Part shown: piece by piece, positions 26,659 through 38,479 of the stretch
Position numbering within the stretch: position 1 is the stretch's first letter
Layout of the letters: every line of letters starts with the position of its first letter
From: Torpedo marmorata
Lineage: Eukaryota
Length of the DNA: 64,000 bases
Reading direction: 5' to 3'
Assembly: GCA_977017645.1 (NCBI GenBank)
Contig: OZ360219.1
Span: 120,156,001-120,220,000, forward strand
Position numbers and translations under genes: made by a program
Notes under the pieces: generated by a model
Seen by the model: only the letters and a program-made list of their open reading frames with translations
Databases searched by the model: none
Told to the model about the DNA's origin: nothing

Positions 26659-27549
26659 CTGAAAGAGAAGGGAATAAAGCACAGAAAAAAATGTTTATTC
26701 ATTACCAAGGTACCTCTGATCTTCACCAATAACGTCACATACTCCTACAACTCTCCTTTGTGCACCAAACTCAGCATCAATTATATATTGCAGAGTAAGT
26801 AACCTCAGGTAATGTATCTCAATATTTAGTTCAGGAGCAGCAGTTAGGGGAGCTTTGTGATTTGATCGGAAAAACTTCTTCAGAAAGGAAAATTGCAGCA
26901 AGAAGACATTAAAATGGGTTTCACACCCCTCAACAATGAAGGGGTATGTTTTACGTGGTCTCTTTGAACAGTCCATTTGAGGAAGTGTTTTAAAAAGGTA
27001 GGGAACACCATAATGCAGAGGCTTTGATTAAAAATCACCCGAATTTGATTTCACTAACAGAAACCATGAAAGTGTCCAATCACTTTAGGAAAGAATTATT
27101 TTGAAAAAGATAATTTGTGTAAAGCCATTAAGTTAACCCTAAATAGAATGAATACATCAAAGTGGGTGTAAACAAGGAGTCTGCAGATGCTGGAGAATGA
27201 TAACAAAACACAAAAGTGCTGGAGGGACTCAGAGTCCATGGAAAGCAATCAGCAGTCGATCTTTCAGGCCTCAGCTCTTCATTAGGAATACCAAAAAATA
27301 GCTGAACAAGAAGGTAGGGTGGTGGTGGGTGGGGGTGGGATAGAGGAAAGGGAAAGGGAGCACAGACATAAGTGATAGGCAGGAGGTGGAAGAGGAGAAA
27401 GGAGCTGAGAGGTGATTGGGGAAAGGGGCAGAAAGCTGAGAAAGTTGCTGCACGAAATGTCAACTGCCTATTGCTTTCCATGGATGCTACGTAATACACT
27501 TTGTGTATTAGACTGAATACATAGTTTGAGGTTACACTGCACAAGGATT

Positions 27550-27812
27550 ATGTGTTTGCTACTTAATGGACTTTAAGTAAAGCATTCAACAAGGTCCCTC
27601 ATGATAGGCTAAACTAGAAGATTAAGACACACAGGATCCATGTTGACTTGGTAGATTGGATTCAAAATTGGCTTGGCCTTGTTTCTCTGACTGGAGGTCT
27701 TCAACCAGTGACCCACAGGATTCAGTGTAGGGATGTCTGTTCTTACTGTTATGTATATAAATGATTTGGATGAAAATATAGACAGGCTAATTAATAAGTT
27801 TGCAGTCTGTCC
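27550..27812 (+). mobile_element. CR1-type RT fragment
   Basis: KAFNKVPH, PQ.SV.G, YINDLD..KFA remnants. Confidence 0.65.
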
Positions 27813-29855
27813 AAATAAGTATAACACATGGTGTAAGGAAACTTGAAGGTGATAAAGTTCTCTTGACATCACTACTCCTACGCTTCTCCACGGGTGAGGT
27901 TTCAGCGTTGGTACATGCTTCAGCAATAAACCTGGAAAAGTGTTGCAGTGTTCCTTTAGTTGACACACTTTGTCGGCACAATTCACTGGAGGAATGTGAA
28001 CGTAGTTCACTGGGAGCAGTGCTGATCAAGAAGATTGATTTGTTGTGTTCAAGGGCTATGTGTTGATGTCAAGGTTAAACACAAGTCTTGACAGACAGCC
28101 ACAGCTAAAGACAAGAGAGTTAATTCATAATCTATGCCCTTTGACTTGAACCAGAGTGTAACAAGGGATGAGGTTGTTCAGTTTATCTCCAACGATTTTA
28201 ATAATTCCTTCCCCACAGAAAAAGTCGATGAAAGGACCAGTTCTTCACAAAGCTCCCAAATAATGAAATTCCATTGGCTCACAAGACCCCCGGAAGAACT
28301 CAAATGCAAGTTCAAAGCTCCAATTGACATACTGCTCCAGTCACTGTCAGATCTTTTAAAGTTTAAAACAGAGAAGCTAATTTGTCTTGAGGCAAATACA
28401 GTAACCTCTGATAACCTCAATCCACTTCAGTAAAATGAGAATTATTGGGAGCCATCATCAAACTCCAAAAGTCACCTCTGTTGACAGAGTGCGACACAAT
28501 CCGATCAGGTCGACCTGATAAGTGGACGTTTCTTTCCTTCATCCAACAGAGAAATAGTAGGATGAAAACTGATGGGAGATATTACACAAGAGTCACAGCT
28601 GGAGCAAGAAAGATCACAGCTTGATTCCATACATAAATTTTTGAATGTACTGACTAAATTGGACTCTGGAAAATGCATGGCATCAGTTTTCTTTTGCTTT
28701 ACATATTATCTGCATATATTTACATTTATTTTATTCTGTGAATGAAAAGCAAGAGGTAACTGCTGTTGGCTTGAATCCATTTTATTTCTGATGTACCATG
28801 AAAACTAATGTACAGCTTGAAGCAATAGAATTAAATAGTGTTTGTAGAAGTGAAAAGATATTTGTGACATGATGCATAAATCTCTCTTCCCAGACTACGG
28901 GGAGACCAGAGTACGGGCAATAATTACTCAATGCACCCCTTTCAGACCAAAGGCAATTTATCATTTTAGTTAATGCCAAGAAAGAAAAAAAGCACACCAA
29001 AAAAAGCAGACTTAGACTTCTATAAAATTACTAGAATGTATTTTCCCATCAAAGAATTGGAAATGATAAAATCAAAAGTAGTTTCCAGAATGGTGGTGAT
29101 TTCAGAAAATAAAAACTCTACATTAGATCAAGTTACAAACACATTTTGGATGATATTAAGCATCTATAATGCTCTCAGAGGTTCCAATAGCCATACAAAC
29201 TCCTAGGATTCTGCCACCCCACTCAGAGTGTGTTGGAGGCACATCAAGAATAATTAATGTGATCACTGGCTGCAGCTTTCTCCTACAAATCCCCTGAAAC
29301 TAACTTAGATGGTTTGTAGTACACAGTAGCCGACGAAAGTGTAAACAACGTAATTAAGATCAGTTCCGGATTTACATATGGGCTGAGCGGGCTGCAGCCC
29401 AGGGCCTCATAATCTAGGGGGGCCTCAGCCTCCCGCCAAAAAAAAATTAAAAATTTACCATTAATTTTATTTCATTTGTAACGATAAAAATCAGGGGCGT
29501 ACCTGGGCCAAAATAATGTGTAAGCACAAATCCAAAATTCAGGAACACATTGATGGGAGTGCCGAACGCACTCGCCCTTGATTTTACTATCTAGGCCCAG
29601 TTGCTTAGTAACATTAAACATGTATGTATAACAGTTACACAAGTTTTCACGCGGGATTTTCCCGCATGGCCGATTCTCAACTTGCGGGAATTCTGAATTC
29701 TTTGCAGGATTCCCGCAAGCCAATCGCGCATGCTGGCGAGAGCTTGGAGATTACTGTCTATCATTATAGCTTGCGTTTTGAGAACAAGTGAGGATTCTTT
29801 TATATCATTGTGAATCACAATAATACTTAATTTTGACTTTTTGTGAAAATAATAA

Positions 29856-32569
29856 TGAGTAAACGATATGAAAGTGGTGCTAGTAAACGAAAGCAACAAA
29901 AAGAACAGAAGGAAATACTGAAGCGTTTAAAGCCAATCACGTCATATGGCTTTGTACAGCAGACAGAAACAGCCCTAAATCCCTCAGATACAGAACATAC
30001 GTGTTTAAAAACAGAAGAAAATCAAGTAGACTACACTGAGCAGTCTGAGCAGACTGAAGAACAACCAGTTACACAACCTCCCAAGAACTTCAAGGAGAAC
30101 TGTTGTCAGTAACTACCACTACAAGTTCAAAAACTTCTGGAGAAAGTGACAATGAAGTGACAGGACCTGCAGCCAAAGAATTAACACAAGGCGCTGAAGG
30201 AACATGCCACGAGATAGTTCAAGGTCATTATCATTATCGTCTTAAAGACTTGGAAAACAAAGCAAATGAGCTCAGCGAAAACCCTAGCATTGCAGACACA
30301 AAAATACCAACTGTTCATGCTACTAGTGATTTCAGAGACAATAATGACGTAGGTTTATGGACCACATTGAATAACGAGGAAATATCATTCTGGATTGAGA
30401 AAGGTCCATCGGAATGTCAGCGCTGGGATGGACCTTTTACCAATTCGAAGCGAACATACGAAAACCAAGCCTGGTTCTGCTCAAAGAATTTATTTCATTC
30501 CACCAAAGTAAATGGAGAAAACTACCCTCGAGAATGGCTCGTGTATTCTCCCACAAAAGGAAAAGTCTACTGTTTTGTGTGCAAACTTTTCTCTAACCAA
30601 ACTACCTCAAATACAGCTTTAGTTTCTACTGGATTCGATGAATGGCATCACGCTTATCTTGTTCAAACCCACGAAAACTCTAAAAATCATATGAACTCTA
30701 TGCTAACATACTTAACAAGAAAGCGTGGTCAACCACTCACATCAAAACTCGAAGAGCAAATCAAAGCAGAGCAGGATTACTGGAGGCACGTACTTCAGCG
30801 AGTTATTGCAGTGATTTCCCTTTTGGCAGAACGTGGCTTGGCATTTAGGGGAGATGATGAAACATTTGGTTCATCAAACAATGATAACTTTCTTGGATTG
30901 CTTAAATTAATTGCCAAATTTGATCCCTTCCTGCATGCTCACATAAATCAGTATGGAAGTAAAGGCTCTGGTCAGCCATCATACTTATCCAAAACCGTAT
31001 GTGAAGAGGTTATCCAGTTGATGGCTAATAAAGTTCGAGAAGCAATACTGAGCGACATCAAACAGGCAGGTTATTTTAGTTTATCAGTCGATTCAACCCC
31101 TGATGTTTCCCACGTTGATCAACTTACTGTCATTGTTAGATATGTTTCTCCTAGTGATGGATTACCAGTTGAACGCTTTCTGAGGTTTTTGGAACTGAAA
31201 GATCACACTGGTGAAAGTCTGGCTAAGCAGATACTGAACTACTTCATTGAACTTGAAATTGATTTCAGTAAATGTAGAGGACAATCATATGACAATTCAG
31301 CCAATATGGCTGGAGAGTATAATGGCGTTCAACAAAAAATTCTGGAAAGGAACAAGTTTGAAAAGTTTATTCCATGCGCTGGACATTCCCTAAATCTAGT
31401 TGGACGAACAGCAGTTGACTCGTGCCTGGATGCAGTGAATTTTTTTGCCACAATAAATGAGCTCTCTTGAAAATATGGAGCCCATATATAAAAACTGTTG
31501 GTTTAAGGATTTGAAGATCTCTGGATATCAGATCTGACTGGCGAACCTATCTTCCACAATAAAATTAGTTTATAGTTGTTCTTTTTTAGATTGACATTCT
31601 CCTTACTCTATCTTTTTCTTTCTTTCTCTTTTTTATTTTAGTAGATTAGTAGGGGTGGGAGGATTAGGGAGAGGAGGGAGGGAGGGGGGTGAAAATGTAT
31701 CACATGTATTTTGATAATTTTGTATTTTATTTTATGTATTTTGTGATTTAAAATTTTTAAATAAAATATTTTTTTTAAATAAATTTAAAAAAAATAATAA
31801 ATGAGCTCTATTGTTTTTTCTCAGCTTCTACAAAAAGATGGGCAATGCTAAAAAATTTCTTGCCTCCAGAGTCAAAAGTTCCTAAACATTTATCAGACAC
31901 AAGATGGGAGGGTCACGCTAAAGCTACTGCAGCTATTAGCGAAAGTTATGCTAACATTGTTGAAGCCCTCAGTCATACTTACTGTGATGAAACTGAAAAA
32001 GGAGATACGAGACGACAGGCTGAAAATCTTCTGCAGAAAATGGAAGAATTTGAATTCATTTTCATGCTTCACCTTTGGACACATTTGCTCGACCAATTTC
32101 ATAAAGTTAGCAAGGGCCTCCAAAGTTCGCAAATTTCATTGAGCACATGTGCAAACATTTACAGCTCACTATTGCAGTTCGTATCAAACGCTCGGGCTAA
32201 TTTTGATGAAATTGAACAGCAAGCAAAAATTACTCTACCGGATGTTGAGTACAAAACTGTCAAAAGAAGGAAGAGAGTACGAAAAAAACAAAACAATGAT
32301 GGGACAGCACCCGAAGCCTTATGGACGAACTTTCTCCAAGAGACAGGTTTAGGGTAAATTCATTTATCCCTGTCATGGATGCTCTTGAAGCCAACCTAGA
32401 CAGAAGAGCAACAGTGTATAGGAGTGTAGCTGGCAATTTTTCATTTTAGGTGAACCTGCAGCCAACCAAGGAACAGATTCACAATGGTGTCGAGATGTTG
32501 ATGCATGAGTATCCAAAGGATGTTGACCTTAGTCTAGTCGATGATCTCTTGCACTTCCAACTGTTCTGA
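29856..32569 (+). pseudogene. Disrupted hAT transposase
   Basis: MSKRYESGASKRK start; WLVYS..CFVC zinc finger; LAFRG, SVDSTPD, GQSYDNSANM, CAGHSLNL and DTRW motifs; frameshifts near 30105 and 32320; insertion at 31466; no ERSFS-type C-terminus seen. Confidence 0.9.
31466..31795 (+). mobile_element. 5'-truncated L1/Tx1-like 3' end inserted in the transposase
   Basis: 14-bp TSD AATAAATGAGCTCT (31452-31465, 31796-31809); LKIWSPYI ORF2-like end, G-rich tract, AATAAA and A-rich tail. Confidence 0.85.
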
Positions 32570-34081
32570 CTTTGTATATAGTGTAATGTTGAAACATAGC
32601 TATGAATGTTCTGTGTGAACATCTTCATTAATTCCATACTTTTGTAAACTTATTAAAGGTTATAAATTTATAAACAATCTTTTTATCAATGCTAAAATTT
32701 CAGTAATGTTTTACTTTCAATGAGTAGATAAAGAAGAGAATGAAGTTTTGTTTCTCATGATCAGATGCTATTAAGTTTGGGCCTCCCAAGGTCTCTTAGC
32801 CCAGGGCCTCCAGTTCATTAATCTGGCTCTGATTAAGATTCAGTGCTAGACCAAAAAAATACAAAAAAAATTCCAATGCTAAATATTCCAATTTCTGTCT
32901 CATGCAAGTTTTGCAAAAAATTCATACATCAGACACAAGGCACCTTAATAAGGCCAAAACACAAGAAAAGCCAGATTCAATACTGGACCTGAAACTATAA
33001 TTGCCTGCAATTCTCCAGAACTAATAAGAAAAAAAAGGACTATCTGTTTTACAATAATTCCAACCTATTTCTTTGATTGAGCTCAGATTTAATTGGCAGG
33101 CTTTGACTTCAATGAGATTAAAAGTGAAGTGACATACAGAGGACTGCTGATTTATTTATCACTTGTTTAAACAGTGCAATAAAGTCAAAGCATGAGCTCA
33201 CAAGTCCAATCTTATCAGAAATAATCAGACAGCAATTGTTTTGATTAAAATATCTAACACATTGCCAGTTATTCTAACAACACTTTTTTGACTCTGATCA
33301 GAATTATGAAATATGTAAAACATTTGAGTAGCCTTAAATATACTCAGAGAACTTATGGGCAAATTGCAGAACATGCAGTTCGTAGAAAAATAAGGAAAAT
33401 CTTAAATCACTCATTAGATATCAGAGCTTATTTTTATATATCAGAATATAATTAAAGTTAATATTTCTTGCAATGTTCAATTTTTACCTCCAAAATGTAA
33501 AATACATATGTTCAATAATCACTTCTGTGGAGACAAAGACTGAATTTCTATAGACATATTCAAGATATGAATTATTGGAGTGTGAACAACCATCTGTAAA
33601 AATCATACATCAGTAAATATACGTCAAGGGACAAGACAGAGCAAGGAGGAAAAACTGACAATGCAAAACAAACAAAACAAGTCTCTGCTGAGTTATGTAG
33701 CTGGGATTTATCTCAGTGATGAGTTGAAGGAATTATAAGGCAGTACACAATTAGGGAGTTGCAACTAAAATCTCAACCATGTTCAGTGCCATACGCTTTA
33801 TTTTACATACAAAGGAGTTCTAAATTTTCCTTTGCAAAGAGAATACTTGATTGGAAAAAGAAAGGAGGGTGAGAACGACATTTCACAAAATAGGGCATAC
33901 CATAGTTTTATGTTAAAATGCATTTATAGGTTGTACATGACTATAGTAATATAGTTGTCTGTAAAATTAACCCAAAAATGCTGAATATATTGTCTTGACA
34001 TCTCGACATTTGCTACTGTAATAAAGTGTAAACTGATTTGCTCTCATTGAGCTGATATAACTCTACAGAATTCAGACAGAT

Positions 34082-34840
34082 TTAGATTTCAGATTTATTG
34101 TCTGAGTACATACACGACATCACATACAACCCTGAGATTCCTTTTTCCTGCGGGTGCGGCAGAATTACCACGAATTGATAGTGCAAAAAATAAACTGTAC
34201 ACAGCGAAAACATGTAAACAAATAAAAGAACTGTAAACAGATAACGAATGCAAACAAATTGACTGTGCAATACAGAGAGAACAAAAGAAAATCAATAAAG
34301 TGCACAAGTAAGAGTCCTTAAATGAGTTGGTCATTGAGGAATCTGATGGTGGAGGGGTAGCAGCTGTTTCTGAACCTGGTGGTGCGAGTCTTGTGGCACC
34401 TATACCTCTTTCCTGATGGCAGCAGCGAGAACAGAGTGTGTGCTGGGTGGTGTGGATCTTTGATGATTGCTGCTGCCCTCCGACGGCAGCGTTCCCTGTA
34501 GATGTACTCAATAGTGGGGAGGGTTTTCCCTGTGATGTCCTGGGCTGTGTCCATTATCTTTTGGAGGGCATTATGCTCAGGGGTATTGGTGTCCCCATAC
34601 CAGACTGTGATGCAGCCGGTCAGCACACTTTCCACCACACATCTGTAGAAATTTGCCAGGGTTTCTGGCGTCATACCAAACCTCCGCAACCTCCTGAGGA
34701 AGTAGAGGCGCTGACGTCCTTTCTTCACGATGCCATTGGTGTGTTGGGTCCAGGAAAGATCCTCCGAGATAGTGACTCCCAAGAATCTAAATTTGCTCAC
34801 CCTCTCCACCTCTGATCCCCCAATGATCACTGGATTGTAT
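34082..34840 (-). mobile_element. Rex1/Babar-type LINE 3' fragment
   Basis: ORF 34318..34830 FLGVTISEDLSW...RQRLYFLRRL...LLPSGKRYR; gacaataaatctgaaatct tail. Confidence 0.9.
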
Positions 34841-34949
34841 ACAAGTTAGTGAGTCATATAAAAGGATCAATAATTATAATGATAATATTGAATTTTAGTA
34901 GTTTATAACTTTTTGATTAATGATGTACTTTTTCCCAACAAGATGATCC

Positions 34950-35232
34950 GGGCGGCATAGTTGGCATAACGGTTAGCGCAACGCCTTTACAGCGCCAATG
35001 ATCGGAATCGGGATTCGAATCCCGCGCTGTCTGTAAGGAATTTGTACGTTCTCCATGTGTCCGCGTGGGTTTTCCCCGGGGGCTCCGGTTTCCTCCCACC
35101 ATCCGAAACGTTCCGGGGGTTGTAGGTTAATTGGGTGTAATTGGGTGGCACGGGCTCATGGGCCAAAAGGGCTTGTTACCGTGCTGTATGTGTAAATTTT
35201 TTAAAAATACATTTAAATTTTTTTAAAATTTA
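34950..35232 (+). mobile_element. tRNA-derived SINE
   Basis: B-box-like ggattcgaatccc; tttaaaaattt tail. Confidence 0.85.
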
Positions 35233-35699
35233 AGAATAGGTGCAACATACTGATTGTCATTAATCTAATTTTAATTGTTTGGACATCAGCATAATACACT
35301 CTGGTGTTTGGGTTGTAAGATAGATTTTGCAGGTGTTGAGTGATATCGCTACTAAAAATGGAGACATCCAATGTCAACAATAAGTGTTAATTCGTATAAG
35401 TAAATACATTTAATAAGGCTGCCTCTATTGCTTCAGTGGGCAGATAATTCCACAGATTCACTACTCTCTGGGAGCAACCCCTCTTTATCTCTATCTTGAA
35501 TCTATTCCCCCAAATCTTGGAGCTATGTCCCCAGTTCTAGTCTCACTTGCTAGTGGAAACAAGTTTCCTGCCTCTATCTTATCTATCCCTTTCATAATCT
35601 TACACATTTCTACAAGAACCCCACTAACCCCCATCATATCATTTCTCTAAGATATGTTCTCAAGTCTGAGAGTGTGATTAAAAATACGATGGGGTAAAC

Positions 35700-35987
35700 T
35701 TAAATTTATTTTTAAAAATTTTTTTAAATTTTAAATGTAGACATACAGCACGGTAACAGGCCCTTTTGGCCCACGAGCCCGTGCCACCCAATTACACCCA
35801 ATTGACCTACAACCCCCAGTACGCTTTGAACGGTGGGAGGAAACCGGAGCACCCGGAGGAACCCCACGCAGACACGGGGAGAACGAACAAACTCCTCCCT
35901 ACAGACAGTGCGGGATTCGAACCCCGGTCCCAATCGTTCGTGCTGTAACAGCGTTGTGCTAACCACTATGCTAACCGTGACGTCCCC
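35700..35987 (-). mobile_element. tRNA-derived SINE, inverted relative to the 34950 copy
   Basis: Minus-strand ggttcgaatccc B-box, same body and tail. Confidence 0.85.
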
Positions 35988-37435
35988 AAAGTATGAACCT
36001 CAGTAACAGAACTCTCATTTCTCATATCAGCAATGAGTTAGATAGCCTGTTTAGATTTTAGAAATCCAACTCACTAAAATACAGATTGTAAAGGCACAAA
36101 TGGAAGTTACGCAACTTTGATTTATAATGCTCTTAAACCAGAAGTGGAATCTCTTACGGTAGACAAAAATTAAAGAATTTCATGTATGTTACATTCTAAA
36201 TGTATTATTACGTGACAATAATGGAACCTTTACCTTTACCAAATATGTGCAGGGCAAATATACCTCTGGCTAACCTAATTTGCACGGCATTGGATTTCAG
36301 CAGGCAGCAGATGAAAGGAATCACATCCCATTGATCTAAAACCAGGTTAGGTCTACATGTCAGAAGCAAAAAGCTGAGGTTTTTTTTCTGAGAATTTCAA
36401 AGGCTTTGAGCTCAGGCTGACAGTATCAGCATTCATAGAATTACCGGTAATTTAGGACTTGGACTCGATCAACATAGCAATTCACAAAATGCTTTAATAA
36501 TTAAAGGTCATGCCGTTTGCCAAAAAGCATAAATACAGGACTTTGTACCCACAATTGAACAGACAGGAATATTTGGTTACTTATGCATAGTTCACATCAG
36601 TACCCAGAGGAGAAAAGCTATTAAATAATACAGGGTCCCAGCTGTTCTGATGGAGTTTGGCAGTGACAGGACTTTTAGATGTTAACTTGAGCATTACTTG
36701 AAAGTCTACCTGACCTAAGAGGTCATGTCCCCACACAAGCACAACTACCAATAGGAATAATGATTTTTCTAGTTGAAGTTTAAATCCATCCATAAAAAGA
36801 ACCTGACAGAGGGCATATTTGAGTGTAATGAAATTACCTAGTCCACGAGCAATGCCATTCATTAAATCATTTTCCTTCAACTGTACATCAATCACTCAGC
36901 ATTCTTATTCTACTAGTTAATTTCAGACAAGATTAGCACTTCTAAGCAGAAGTTCAATGAGATGCATGTTTTTTTTAAATTGTCTATATTGCCTGTATTA
37001 AATTCAAATACTGCTCTGTGGATATCGCAGGAGATTTTCATTCATGTCAAATCAGATGAAAAAGCTTATTTCCGTTTGTCATTTTCAAGGTGTTACTTCC
37101 TCTATGATTATATTGGTTCTTTTACTTTTAATTCCTTTTTACCTCATGTATTTCAGCAAACAAAGCATAACTGTGCTGCTGGTACTGCACTTAACACAAA
37201 AAAAACAAATAAAAGATACTTTAAACACATTCTGATTCAGAATAGTATTCTTACTATCCTCCAAATGAGATATTTATATTTAAAATAAAGAATGCAACAG
37301 AAAATACTATCTCACAGAAGTTAGTAACAATTGCACAGAAAAGCTCTGTTGGGTTTGTACAATCAATTCAAAAACGATGTCCCATGTTACTCAATGAAAA
37401 GAACATGTTCTCATTTCCTTGAAGGGCTATCTTAC

Positions 37436-37541
37436 CTTCATGCTTGTAAGTCATTTCTTGGCAACCAGAGAGATAAAGGCAAACCAAAGCACACAAACAG
37501 ATGAAACAGAAAAAACACAAAACTATCAGCAAATATTCCAT
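37436..37541 (-). CDS. Candidate first coding exon of a nested Cys-rich membrane microprotein, MEYLLIVLCFFCFICLCALVCLYLSGCQEMTYKHE
   Basis: ATG in aaaATGG context; ~21-residue hydrophobic stretch; consensus donor AAG|GTAAGA at 37435; 106 nt (phase 1). Confidence 0.7.
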
Positions 37542-37779
37542 TTTAAAGTTTGATATACTTTGCAAGGTCTCTATTATAGAGACAATATTCCCCCGACATT
37601 AATAAGAGGAAGATTGAAAAACAACAATTATTATCTGATGTACAATAAAGAGGGTGGGGCAAAATGACTGGTTCTCTCTCGCTGTTAATATCAATGTAAA
37701 AATCTTCAGCTGTCTTCTTCGTCCCTGCTTTGGGGCTGCTTGCTTCAGACTGAGAACCCAGGAAGTAGAAGCATGCATT

Positions 37780-37945
37780 TACAATGCCAATACTACTCAA
37801 GGCTTTCATGAAACGCCCTATTGGCTCTTGGGTCTGCTGGCTCCTCCTCCCGTTTCACAGCATCATCGGCACTGCTGATTTTGTGCAATGAGATTCTCAT
37901 CGTAAGCCAATTTCCCACACACCACTCCAGTGAATTGGAGCAGCC
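37780..37945 (-). promoter_or_regulatory. Putative internal promoter
   Basis: Four CCAAT/ATTGG boxes (37787, 37820, 37907, 37934) and a GGAGGAGGAG tract in non-repetitive, GC-enriched DNA 250-400 nt upstream of the microprotein ATG. Confidence 0.45.
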
Positions 37946-38479
37946 AGCTCTATGATGTGAATGGTAATGTGGAGATTATAACATAAATTTATCTTTCAAG
38001 ACAGAAAGGAGGCATCAAATTTTCATATGGTTTTAACCACTTTTAGTAACTTAAAAGGAAAAATAATCCGAGGCACAAAAATCTACAGAAAAAATGTTAA
38101 AGAAATAAAGTGAAAATGAACTAGAAATTTCAACAGCCATTATAAAAAAGAAATGGTGTAGTGGTGTACAGAACCAGGAAACGTACACGGCCATAAAGAA
38201 TTGACTAAAATAAGCTTCAAGATAATGATTGTGAAATGACAGCAATGTAAAGCAATCACTTTGCTTGAATGCCCATCAGGGGGACTGTGGCATTAGAAGA
38301 ATAGATTAGAAAACTATAACACTGGACTTCTGTCCAAATTGACCATTTCTTAAGCCCAGAGTTCCCAACTGCGAACTTTTGCAAGTCAGCCAGCTCCCAG
38401 CAGCATGTGGCCTGAGTGCAGTGCAAGGCCTTTACGGCAGTAAAAAACTGAATTGCTGCAACATCTGGTCAAAAGTGGA

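Larger units (their letters stand above)
29361..32831 (+). mobile_element. hAT DNA transposon (ZMYM1-like/DUF4371 transposase type), defective
   Basis: 8-bp TSD ATTAAGAT (29353-29360, 32832-32839); imperfect TIRs CAGTTCCGGATTTA / CAGAGCCAGATTAA; subterminal GGGCCTC repeats at both ends. Confidence 0.93.

Noticed and set aside
30103-31470. 455-aa ORF as a domesticated ZMYM1-like host gene
   Set aside because: It sits within TIRs and a TSD, is frameshifted, interrupted by an L1 tail and lacks the C-terminus, so it is a dead transposase.
34990-35030. tRNA gene (B-box GGATTCGAATCCC)
   Set aside because: It is a SINE head followed by the SINE body; no complete cloverleaf seen.
26539-37541. In-frame fusion giving a membrane-anchored JAKMIP1 C-terminal isoform
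   Set aside because: The donor is phase 1 and the acceptor phase 0; the nearby alternative AG (+2) also gives a quick stop (GML*).
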